Below are positions 55,758-64,000 of a stretch of 64,000 nt of DNA, one piece after another. The DNA is from a virus. The position numbers were made by a program, and so were the translations under genes. Numbering within the stretch: position 1 is the stretch's first letter; each line of letters opens with the position of its first letter. The stretch is from the IMG/VR virus record IMGVR_UViG_3300016471_000863; one strand, given 5' to 3'. The notes below the pieces were generated by a model. That model saw only the letters and a list, made by a program, of their open reading frames with translations. It did no database searches and was not told the origin of the DNA.

Positions 55758-56410
55758 CCTCCTGATGCTGCGGAATTTGGACCGGTAGTTCCATACAACA
55801 CAGGATCTGAGTAATCCTCTGGGAAAGCGGTTGATGTTGGATGAATTCCGTAATTTTGTTCCATCATTTCTGTAAACTGTTTTGCAGTTTGTGAATCATA
55901 ATTTGATGCAATATAAGCTTCTGCACGATTTAAAATAATCGTTTTTGGATCTGACAATGCTTCGAAATTATTGATTAATCTTGCTACGGATCTAGCAAAA
56001 TCATTTAAGTTAATAATTGGAGTTTTGAAAATTGGATTTTCTTCTGCTGGACCTCCTCCTCCTCCTCCTCCTCCTCCACCTGTATCTGGTGGAGGTTCGC
56101 TTGTATCTCCACCTCCTTCGGCGGCACCAGGATCTTCCTGTTCAAATAAGAATTTTTGCAATAATTTTACATTGTTGCTTGCAGCACTTTCCATCATTGG
56201 TAGTTTATCTAAACCGATATTATCGGACATAGGAATACTTTCCTTTTCATATCTGATTAGATAACGATCTATAACTTGATCTAAAGAGATTGGTCTGCTT
56301 TTTTGCTTTGAAAAGTCTGCAATTTTTTTTGGATATGACATTTGCGGCATTTGCTCTTGCAAGACTTTTGCATTTGTTGTTAGAGGTGCTTTTTTTATTT
56401 TTCTTTTCAT
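55754..56410 (-). CDS. Hypothetical protein with poly-Gly/Pro linker (candidate head protein)
   Basis: VLQEQ and FLFEQE followed by acidic G/P linker; (CCT)n run at 56052-56077. Confidence 0.6.
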   Translation of the reverse strand: MKRKIKKAPLTTNAKVLQEQMPQMSYPKKIADFSKQKSRPISLDQVIDRYLIRYEKESIPMSDNIGLDKLPMMESAASNNVKLLQKFLFEQEDPGAAEGGGDTSEPPPDTGGGGGGGGGGPAEENPIFKTPIINLNDFARSVARLINNFEALSDPKTIILNRAEAYIASNYDSQTAKQFTEMMEQNYGIHPTSTAFPEDYSDPVLYGTTGPNSAASGG

Positions 56411-56429
56411 ATGGATACCAATCTTTGAT

Positions 56430-57392
56430 TCAAACTATTCGTGAAGTACCAGGCTGTTGAGGAACCATTACAGGAGAACCTACCCCAGATGGAATTGCAG
56501 GAGAAACCGTGCCTTGAACTGGCTGTACGCTAGCAATTGGCAATTCTTCAGCTTTTTCTGCCGCTGCTAAGAGTTTTTCTGGTCCATCATTTACCATTGG
56601 CATAATTTGATATATTAAATTTAAATTTGCATTTTCGGCAACTTTCATTCGTGCTTCTATAACATCCCAATTTAACTCTTTCATCATGCCAATTAGATAT
56701 GATTTTTTATCATCAAGATAATCTTTAAAATATGCATGTTCCCACATGTCCATAACAATAACAGGAATTGCACCTACAGGAATATCTTTGTTGTGACTAT
56801 TGACAATTACATTCATGTACTTGTTTTTATATGGTTCATACACACACATAGCCCAACCATTTCTCGCTGATAATGCGGTGGAAATAAAATCAAGTTGCCA
56901 AGCTTCAAAAGTTCCCCAATCACGAGCCAATCTCATATAAGGAAAAGAATTAACGCTTATTTCTGAATTTAAATCTGAAATGTTTGCCCAATATAATTCA
57001 TGTAATTTGATGCCATTTAAATTGTAATTTTCATCTACTTTTAATGAACGAAAGGAGCTGTGAGTTGAATTTGCATTTTGTCTATTAACCGCATCTAATT
57101 CAGAAGAAATTTTGTTGAAAGAATCTACATATTTTTTATATAAATTGAAATGTGCTTCTTTTGCACCTTTTGATAATCTTTCTGTTTTTAAGATAAAGTT
57201 TTTTGGAATTGCTACAAGAGCTTCTTGTAGGGTTGCAATTTTTTCTTTCATGTTTGTTAAAACTTTAACTGGAGTTTTTAGAAGTGGTTCTTCTTTTGAT
57301 TCTTTAATCAAACCATTTGTTTTAAACGTAGTTTGAATTGAATCACGAATTAAAGAACGGAGTTCTTCGGGTTTAAATTTAATTTTTGACAT
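56430..57392 (-). CDS. Fe/Mn superoxide dismutase (Aquifex-like Fe-SOD subgroup) with N- and C-terminal extensions
   Basis: AHFNLYKKYV, ANSTHSSFRSLKVDENYNLNGIKLHELYW, DMWEHAY. Confidence 0.92.
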   Translation of the reverse strand: MSKIKFKPEELRSLIRDSIQTTFKTNGLIKESKEEPLLKTPVKVLTNMKEKIATLQEALVAIPKNFILKTERLSKGAKEAHFNLYKKYVDSFNKISSELDAVNRQNANSTHSSFRSLKVDENYNLNGIKLHELYWANISDLNSEISVNSFPYMRLARDWGTFEAWQLDFISTALSARNGWAMCVYEPYKNKYMNVIVNSHNKDIPVGAIPVIVMDMWEHAYFKDYLDDKKSYLIGMMKELNWDVIEARMKVAENANLNLIYQIMPMVNDGPEKLLAAAEKAEELPIASVQPVQGTVSPAIPSGVGSPVMVPQQPGTSRIV

Positions 57393-57475
57393 TTGTTCCT
57401 CAGAGATGGTTCATTCTCATAATAAATAGGAATACCCATATAGAATTTCAAATAAATGAAAAATCATTATTTATT

Positions 57476-58618
57476 TTACACTTTATTAAATGTTTTATAG
57501 TAAGGATGAACAACCGTGTCCATGCCAAATGGTATTAAATTTGCAAATTTAGATAATTTGCAAATAATTTTTGTATCTTTTATTGTCTTAAAGAAATTGT
57601 TTGTATTTTCTATACGAGATTTTAGATTTTCTAAATCTTCATTTGCACAATTTTTCACAGAAGAAAATGCTTGTGGGGTAATGTTATAGGCGGGAATTTC
57701 ATCTATCAGTTCTATGAAAGTATGTCTTTTTAAAATGCTAATATAGGCATAATTTCCAACAGCCAAACATTTATTAACAAATGAATCTAAAATTGTTCTA
57801 TCTTTTTTAAATGAATTTCTCATATAAAAACTTGGCAAGATCAACCACATGGTAGCCATCTTTACATGAGACTCTTTTAGAGAAATTTCTTTTTTAAGAT
57901 CTATATTCAATGTCGATACTTTGCCTTGGCAAGCTTCTTTGATTGAACTAGAAAATTCTGGATTATACGCAACGGTGCTGACATATCCTACGAAAAGTGC
58001 TGAATTACCTTTTTTATTTCTATAAATTTTACCTACCTGCAAATTTTGTTTTGTTACTACAGGTAATTTTTGCCTTTCGAAACATTTATTGTACCATCTC
58101 CAACTAGCCGTATCCGTAGAGACTAACTCTAGTTTATTCTTTCTATTCAAGAAATAGAATTCATTTTCAAATTCTTTTTCTATTGTTTTCTTTTGTAGAA
58201 GACTCCTGCAAACACTGGCTGTAGATACTGTTTTATTTACTCTTACAATTTGTCCAGTTGTTGTTTTGATATTGAAAGACAGTAAAGTATTGTTGCCGTA
58301 TATAGTTTCAATTTTTACTTTTGTTATTGGTTGCGAGTTATCAAATTCATAATGATCAAAATCTTTTGCTTCAAGCGCACTTGTTATCTCGTTTTTAACA
58401 TGAGAATAATTGTATCCTGCATGTGGATACAAATGAAAATATTTTAATCCATTGGAAGAAGAAGCTATACTTGGAATATAAAAATAACAATAAGGAACAG
58501 AAATTGTAGAATCATCTCCAAGGTAAGAAGAATCTTTTTCTGCATTGTAAATGTTGTATTGAGTTTTACTTACGGCAACACTTACAAAGTTTGGCAGGGT
58601 TATTTTTTCGTATTCCAT
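57476..58618 (-). CDS. Hypothetical protein
   Basis: 380-aa ORF; LQVGKIYRNKKG..LFVG SH3-like stretch. Confidence 0.6.
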   Translation of the reverse strand: MEYEKITLPNFVSVAVSKTQYNIYNAEKDSSYLGDDSTISVPYCYFYIPSIASSSNGLKYFHLYPHAGYNYSHVKNEITSALEAKDFDHYEFDNSQPITKVKIETIYGNNTLLSFNIKTTTGQIVRVNKTVSTASVCRSLLQKKTIEKEFENEFYFLNRKNKLELVSTDTASWRWYNKCFERQKLPVVTKQNLQVGKIYRNKKGNSALFVGYVSTVAYNPEFSSSIKEACQGKVSTLNIDLKKEISLKESHVKMATMWLILPSFYMRNSFKKDRTILDSFVNKCLAVGNYAYISILKRHTFIELIDEIPAYNITPQAFSSVKNCANEDLENLKSRIENTNNFFKTIKDTKIICKLSKFANLIPFGMDTVVHPYYKTFNKV

Positions 58619-58662
58619 GTCATTTTACCTATTATCAAGATAAAATGATTATCTATTATATG

Positions 58663-59553
58663 TTAAAACATGGATAGGTATCTGGGACCACTATCACAAA
58701 AAATAGTGATAATAGGTCCATCAGAAGGATATTCTTCTGCCATTCTTCTTGCGGCAATTAAATTGGCAGCAGAACTAATACCAACAAAATGTCCAAGATC
58801 TCTTGATATAGCCTTGGCTTCTTTTATTGCCTCTTCGGAAGATATTCTATAGATTTTATCTACCATCTTTAAATCTACCAAATATTTGCTTCCGTCTCCT
58901 ATGCCTTGAATTTTATGCAATCCAGGTTTGCCACCTGACATAACAGGACTCTCCTCTGGTTCCAAAACACAACAGCGAATTCCAGGAAATGCCTTTCGAA
59001 GCCTCTTTGAAACTCCCATGAAGGTTCCGCCTGTACCTGTGCCACAAATGAATCCTGATGGTTTTAAATTATTCTGTTTACATTGTTTTTCTATTTCTTT
59101 GCCGGTGCCATAATAATGAGCTTCTATATTTTCCCTACTATCAAATTGATTAAAATTATAAAAATTCTCATATTCTTCGCATAACTTATTTCTAAGTGCA
59201 ATAGCATCTAAAAATCCACCGGCACCTACAAAAATTATCTCAGCACCTAATAAAGAAATTATTTTCTTGCGTTCTTCGCTCATGTCTTCTGGCATGATTA
59301 TTTTCACAGAATAATTCTTTAATTTTCCAAACGTTGATAAAGAAATACCAGTATTTCCGCTACTAGCCTCTACTAACGTAGTCCAATCATGCCTAATCTT
59401 TTTAGCAATTTCAGCCTTTTTTAGTATGTGCCAAACAGGTCTGTCTTTAATAGAACCGGTATAATTTAAATATTCTAATTTAATATAGATTCTATCGCTA
59501 TATTTTATTAATGGTGTATTGCCTATATAATCTTCTGGATTGAACTCTAGCAT
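58663..59553 (-). CDS. Cysteine synthase (CysK/CysM family, PLP-dependent)
   Basis: IGNTPL, KLEYLNYTGSIKDR, ASSGNTG, NQF, GTGTGGT, HKIQGIG, GISS, DSGPRYLS. Confidence 0.93.
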   Translation of the reverse strand: MLEFNPEDYIGNTPLIKYSDRIYIKLEYLNYTGSIKDRPVWHILKKAEIAKKIRHDWTTLVEASSGNTGISLSTFGKLKNYSVKIIMPEDMSEERKKIISLLGAEIIFVGAGGFLDAIALRNKLCEEYENFYNFNQFDSRENIEAHYYGTGKEIEKQCKQNNLKPSGFICGTGTGGTFMGVSKRLRKAFPGIRCCVLEPEESPVMSGGKPGLHKIQGIGDGSKYLVDLKMVDKIYRISSEEAIKEAKAISRDLGHFVGISSAANLIAARRMAEEYPSDGPIITIFCDSGPRYLSMF

Positions 59554-59554
59554 A

Positions 59555-62500
59555 TCATCTGTTTTTAATTAATATCTCTATTTGTCCAAAGAAAGAAGAA
59601 AAACCAAAATTACTATTTTTAAATTTACCTACAATCAGAGTATTCTCAGGAATTGGCTGATCTTTGGCAGGATTAAAATTCCAACAAAAACACTGGTAAT
59701 CTTTCATCTCGTGCCCATACATATTAATCTTTAGATACGTTTTTCCAGTTTTAGTTGTAGCCTTAAAAGAATTTTTAACAATTGCCCAATACGTATCATC
59801 TTCTTCTTGCCAGGAATCAATACTTTCAATATTAGATAATTCTAAAAATTCTTTTATCTCTGGAGTTACTATCAAACTCATATCAATAGTCCCAGATAAT
59901 TGTTTACTAAATTCTACTTTCTCTTTCAAAGAGAAATCTTCAAGATCCTGCGCTTCTGCAATTAATTTCTGCAATATTTCTCTATGATTCTTATTCTTTT
60001 TTCTATTAATTGCACGCTTAACATCATCGCCCTTATCTACCAATACATGGTGAAGCTGACGATAATTCTTAAACATCTTGTCCTCTCCAACCAAACCCAT
60101 GCTTCCAAAGGCTTCAAGCTTGATTAGAGTAGACAACGCACGCTTATTAAACTTGGAATGACGCCATGTGTCATTGGGGCTAAACAACAAATCTTCAAGA
60201 TTGTTATAGGGGCGATATTCGTTAATCTCATTAAGAACCGTCATACCAACGTGCTTAAGAGAAGCGAACGATGGAATAAGCTTTCCATCCCGGATCGTAT
60301 AATCCTTCTCAGAGAGATTGATATCCGGCTTACCGATAGAGAAACCAAGTGCCTTAGCCTCAGATAGAGCAATAGCCTTTGGATCTTCCTTGCCAGCTTG
60401 CTTACCTTTCTCGGTGGCACAGTAATCAATGTAGGTGGTAATCCATTCCTCTGGATAGTAGGTTAGGAGCCATGCACAAGTATAAGAAACAAGGGAATAG
60501 CTAACTGCGTGACTCTTATTGAACGAATAAGCTACGAACTTTTCCATTTCATCAAAGATACTATAGCTGATTTCCTTAGCGATATTGTTTACAGCAAGGC
60601 AGCGATTAGCAAAGTCTTCACGCATTGCCTCACGTTCCTTTGCAGCCTTTTCCTTATTGGATAGATCCTTCTTGGTGAATGCCTTACGAACATTGTCGGT
60701 TTCTTCAAGAGGAACACCGGCAAGCCGATGGTAGATTAGCTGTAGCTGCTCTTGAAAGATGATTAAACCCGATGTGCTTTCTAGTACGTCTTTGAGTAGC
60801 GGGTGTTTATATGTAATCTTAGATGGGGTTTTACGATTATTTAAATAAAGCTTGTCAGCACCGATACTATTATGTACCACTAGCCCGCCCGCAAAAAAAT
60901 TGTGGTGAGGAGCCGCCATTTCAATATCATATGTTTCCTCTATTCCGTGAGATTCAATGCCAAGAAATTTGACCATTCGAATATCATCATTTAAAACCAA
61001 ACGGTTTTCAGCCATTTTTTGTTGAAGAATTTCTTTGCTAATATTTCCTTCAGTATATTCACGGTGATGATTAGGGCATAGAAAAGATAGATTTTCTGGT
61101 GAATTATTGTATTTTCGTCCACCTTCTACGTGATTCGTGTCTAAACTTCCAGATTTCCAGTCACAAAAACAGCAACGATGTCGATAATTTAAAAAAGCTA
61201 TGTTTCTGAAATTTTTCTCGCCATGAATGTTTTTGGTAGCTCTCGATATCGATGGAAGCTGAGTTTTGTGCATAAAAAGATAATCACCTTCTTTAAGTTT
61301 TCTAAGAGGTTTCCAACCGTCTAATGTAAGAAACATGTGATCCAGCGTGGCTTTAAGTGGTTTAATGGCACTACGCATATTACATTTTCCGGTATCAATA
61401 ATTTGACATGGACCTTCTACCCTAAGTTGAACTTTGAGGGACCAAACTTCTTTCTTGCCTGATTTGATTATACGAATTTTTTTATTTGATACAATGGTAT
61501 TTGTATTTTCATCCAAAGAACAAAGATTATTCGAATATCTGGCATGTGCTACAGGATATTCTTGTTCGTTATAAAGTTGCTCAATAGATTTGTATTTGAA
61601 ATAACGACCATTATATTTGTGACGAGATACTAGAATTTGCGTTCCAGCAGACAAACAAAGTGGTCCCGGTCTAAAAATTGAAGTAGCTACAGAAAGATCG
61701 GTAATGTTGGTAGGTTTCATTTCTGCCATAAACTTCTGAACCTGTGGATTAATAAACTGGAATACTCCAGCATATCTACTCTCCCACCAAACGTTTCTAT
61801 ACACTTTTTGATCAGTAAGATCAAGTTTATCCGGATGAAGTTTGTCATCATACCACTTTTTGATCATATCAAAAGTAACATACTTCCTATTGGGATTTTC
61901 TTTACGGACAATCTTACGGATACACTCCTCAAACATTCGGAGGGTTCCAAGACCGAGGATATCAAACTTTAGAAGCCCGAAACCTTCAAGGTGGCGTGCA
62001 TTAAGACCTTCTGGCCATGGAGTTTGCAGAACATCGCCGCTCTTAATGATTGGCATATTATCTCGTGGATTGCTGGTAATAATTACACCGCCAGCGTGAC
62101 GAGATACGTTTCGCATCTGCTTGAATAAAACACGAACTGTCTTTTCAAACTCTGGATACTTCTCCATCAACTCACGGAATGAAGGAGAGTTATTCTCAGC
62201 TTCCTCATAGGTAAGAACCCATCCAGCACGATCAAATCCTGGCGTCTTCTTAGCCTCTGCAAGAGCTTCATTCTCAATCTTGCCGGTATACTTGTTTACT
62301 TCATCAAATGATAGACCAGCAAGACGAGCAACGTCCTTAATCAAACTGCGTAGCTGTAGCTGATTAAAGTTAGAAACTGAGATAACGTTCTCTGTCCCGA
62401 AGTAATCACCAATAAGCTTAACAGCCTTTTCACGATCACCGAAATCGCTGTCTATGTCTGGGTATGAATTTTTCTTAAGCCTTGTTAAGAACCTTTCAAA

Positions 62501-64000
62501 CAATAAACCGTATTTAATTGGATCTACCTGAGTAATTTCTAAACAATAACTTAATAGAGAACCTGCGGCGCTACCTCTTCCATAGCCAATCAACATATGT
62601 TTTGAAGCAATATCCATGATCTTGGCATATGTAAGGAAATACTTGGCAAACTTAAGTTCCTTGATTACTCCAAGCTCGTATACAAGACGGTCAATATATT
62701 CTGATTCCTCATCTCTATTACGGTTCTTAAGACCAATCTTAGCAAGACGCTTCAACTCTTCAAAAGCAAGAACGTCCTCGCCTGCACCTTCACCAAGCTT
62801 TTCAATGGCATCTTCAAGGTGAGTCTTTGAAACAAGCTTCTCAATAACAGGAAGCTTAACAGAACGATCAAAATCAACCGTTCCAATCTGATTGTGAGCG
62901 ATATCCCAGGTGCGCTCAATAGCATCACGGACTACATCATCATTATAACAATCAAATCCAGCGGTATAATGCTTGTAGCTGTCCCAAATCTGCTGAACGT
63001 TCTTTGGATATAGCTCGCACTTAAGCTCCTCTACCTTCTGAGGAAGCTTGGATGCATCTACACCATCCTTGGACTTTGAAGCCCAAGCCATAGCCTTATA
63101 GAGCTCTCGTTCACGCCAATGATCCGGATTAGAATAGTGGCTATCGCAAGTCACAACGAGATTTGTATTTGTGCGCTTTGCAGCTTCCATAATGTGGAAG
63201 TTCTTTAGATGCTGGGCACCAAGACGGTTAAACTGCATTTCAAGGTAATAGTTCTCTTCCCCAAGAGCATCCTTGAAAGCATGGATCATATCCTTTAGTT
63301 CACTCTGAATAAGCTCAAAGTTATCCATATTAGGTTTCCATGCATTCCAATCTGGATTTGTTTGATGAGAAGCAATGATATGCATATCTGCACCGGCAAC
63401 GCAAGCAGAAAGAGCAATAAGATTACCCTTTGCTTCACGCTTAAGCATATCCAAATCAATGCGGGGATATTTGTAGAACCCATCAATATATGAGTTAGAT
63501 ACAAGGCGGAATAGGGTCTTTAGTCCCGCTGTATTCTTTGGAAGCAAGACAAGATGATTACGTCGCTGAATAGGATCACGATATTTATTGGACTTACTAT
63601 CGTCCTCGTTTTCTACTACAGTTCCACCTTCTTCATCTTCATCGGTCTTAGCGACTACTCCAGCCATTTCTTCAAGTTCAGCCTTGGCAGAAGCAAGTTC
63701 ATCACCGATATTGTTTGGATTAGCTGCAAGCCGCTTTGCTTCTTTCTCAGCAGCCTTAGCTTCATCCTGTGCGTTCTTTAGCTTACGCCATTCTGCGAGG
63801 GAGGGGATATAATAGGCTTCTACACCTGATAGAGCCTTGAATGGAACGCCCTTATCTTTTAGTTTCTTTGCATGGAGATATTGATAGGAAAACCCATTCA
63901 TATTTCCGTGATCGGTTAGAGCGAGGGCATCAGAACCATTCTTGACGGCGTAATCGATATGATCTTGTGGCATACCGATTCCATCTCCAATCGAGAAAGG
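59555..64000 (-). CDS. dnaE: DNA polymerase III alpha subunit with intein (5' end beyond the window)
   Basis: Frame open to the edge (SIGDGIGMPQ); PHP ALTDHG, GRGSAAGSL, PDIDSD, RHAGG, KFDILGL, FNKSHA. Confidence 0.97.
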   Translation of the reverse strand, partial: PFSIGDGIGMPQDHIDYAVKNGSDALALTDHGNMNGFSYQYLHAKKLKDKGVPFKALSGVEAYYIPSLAEWRKLKNAQDEAKAAEKEAKRLAANPNNIGDELASAKAELEEMAGVVAKTDEDEEGGTVVENEDDSKSNKYRDPIQRRNHLVLLPKNTAGLKTLFRLVSNSYIDGFYKYPRIDLDMLKREAKGNLIALSACVAGADMHIIASHQTNPDWNAWKPNMDNFELIQSELKDMIHAFKDALGEENYYLEMQFNRLGAQHLKNFHIMEAAKRTNTNLVVTCDSHYSNPDHWRERELYKAMAWASKSKDGVDASKLPQKVEELKCELYPKNVQQIWDSYKHYTAGFDCYNDDVVRDAIERTWDIAHNQIGTVDFDRSVKLPVIEKLVSKTHLEDAIEKLGEGAGEDVLAFEELKRLAKIGLKNRNRDEESEYIDRLVYELGVIKELKFAKYFLTYAKIMDIASKHMLIGYGRGSAAGSLLSYCLEITQVDPIKYGLLFERFLTRLKKNSYPDIDSDFGDREKAVKLIGDYFGTENVISVSNFNQLQLRSLIKDVARLAGLSFDEVNKYTGKIENEALAEAKKTPGFDRAGWVLTYEEAENNSPSFRELMEKYPEFEKTVRVLFKQMRNVSRHAGGVIITSNPRDNMPIIKSGDVLQTPWPEGLNARHLEGFGLLKFDILGLGTLRMFEECIRKIVRKENPNRKYVTFDMIKKWYDDKLHPDKLDLTDQKVYRNVWWESRYAGVFQFINPQVQKFMAEMKPTNITDLSVATSIFRPGPLCLSAGTQILVSRHKYNGRYFKYKSIEQLYNEQEYPVAHARYSNNLCSLDENTNTIVSNKKIRIIKSGKKEVWSLKVQLRVEGPCQIIDTGKCNMRSAIKPLKATLDHMFLTLDGWKPLRKLKEGDYLFMHKTQLPSISRATKNIHGEKNFRNIAFLNYRHRCCFCDWKSGSLDTNHVEGGRKYNNSPENLSFLCPNHHREYTEGNISKEILQQKMAENRLVLNDDIRMVKFLGIESHGIEETYDIEMAAPHHNFFAGGLVVHNSIGADKLYLNNRKTPSKITYKHPLLKDVLESTSGLIIFQEQLQLIYHRLAGVPLEETDNVRKAFTKKDLSNKEKAAKEREAMREDFANRCLAVNNIAKEISYSIFDEMEKFVAYSFNKSHAVSYSLVSYTCAWLLTYYPEEWITTYIDYCATEKGKQAGKEDPKAIALSEAKALGFSIGKPDINLSEKDYTIRDGKLIPSFASLKHVGMTVLNEINEYRPYNNLEDLLFSPNDTWRHSKFNKRALSTLIKLEAFGSMGLVGEDKMFKNYRQLHHVLVDKGDDVKRAINRKKNKNHREILQKLIAEAQDLEDFSLKEKVEFSKQLSGTIDMSLIVTPEIKEFLELSNIESIDSWQEEDDTYWAIVKNSFKATTKTGKTYLKINMYGHEMKDYQCFCWNFNPAKDQPIPENTLIVGKFKNSNFGFSSFFGQIEILIKNR
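60869..61657 (-). mobile_element. Class 1 intein carrying an HNH endonuclease, 263 aa
   Basis: RPGPL/CLSAGT start, ATLDH, TYDIEM, VHN/S; central CCFC..DTNH..NN..NL..LCPNHH. Confidence 0.92.

Noticed and set aside
401-63812. Many short ORFs in the track overlapping larger genes (e.g. 401-625, 27077-27412, 35434-35973, 43675-44130, 53410-53721)
   Set aside because: Antisense or out-of-frame shadows of well-supported genes, with no motifs or RBS
1-64000. Stop-codon reassignment as in some huge phages
   Set aside because: Known proteins are full length in the standard code, and TAA, TGA and TAG all end genes at tight junctions
1-64000. tRNA, rRNA or large structured ncRNA genes
   Set aside because: Intergenic gaps are short and AT-rich and no cloverleaf or T-loop pattern was recognised by eye; tRNAscan-SE/Infernal would be decisive

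Overview
AT-rich, densely coding 64-kb fragment, most consistent with a jumbo/huge tailed phage using the standard genetic code, probably with a Gram-negative host. No ribosomal-protein, rRNA, tRNA or CRISPR loci were recognised. (1) 1-20.3 kb: a ~23-gene soluble glycan-synthesis island with about 9 glycosyltransferases (a 10th at 22.5 kb), Gmd/Fcl, a GDP-mannose 3,5-epimerase-like enzyme, two more SDR epimerases, GmhA/HddA/HAD heptose genes, 5 methyltransferases and one degenerate copy. (2) 20.3-28 kb: Cas4-like nuclease, IMPDH/GMPR, primase-polymerase, paired HExxH membrane proteins, peptide deformylase, Hsp20. (3) 28-37 kb: Ser/Gly/Thr-rich putative virion proteins (three tandem paralogs and a SHAEG-repeat fibre) interrupted by an antisense GIY-YIG homing endonuclease. 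(4) 37-59 kb: PIN-PhoH with two inteins, Hc1-like protein, degenerate GroEL, DEDDh exonuclease, VanW, spanin/holin-like cassette, Fe-SOD, cysteine synthase. (5) 59.5-64 kb: 5'-truncated DnaE with an HNH-containing intein. Two inferred systems stand out. The first is a phage-encoded glycosylation pathway whose acceptors may be the [S/T]-G-S-rich virion proteins. The second is a set of genes (Fe-SOD, DEDDh exonuclease, a sigma-region-4-like HTH protein) sharing an upstream MTAHTTA motif and an N-terminal amphipathic '(I/L)-x-E' leader, suggesting enzymes packaged into the head as cargo. The four inteins are of four kinds, including one starting with Thr and a class 3 intein starting with Pro. 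All calls come from motif recognition by eye; no database searches were run.
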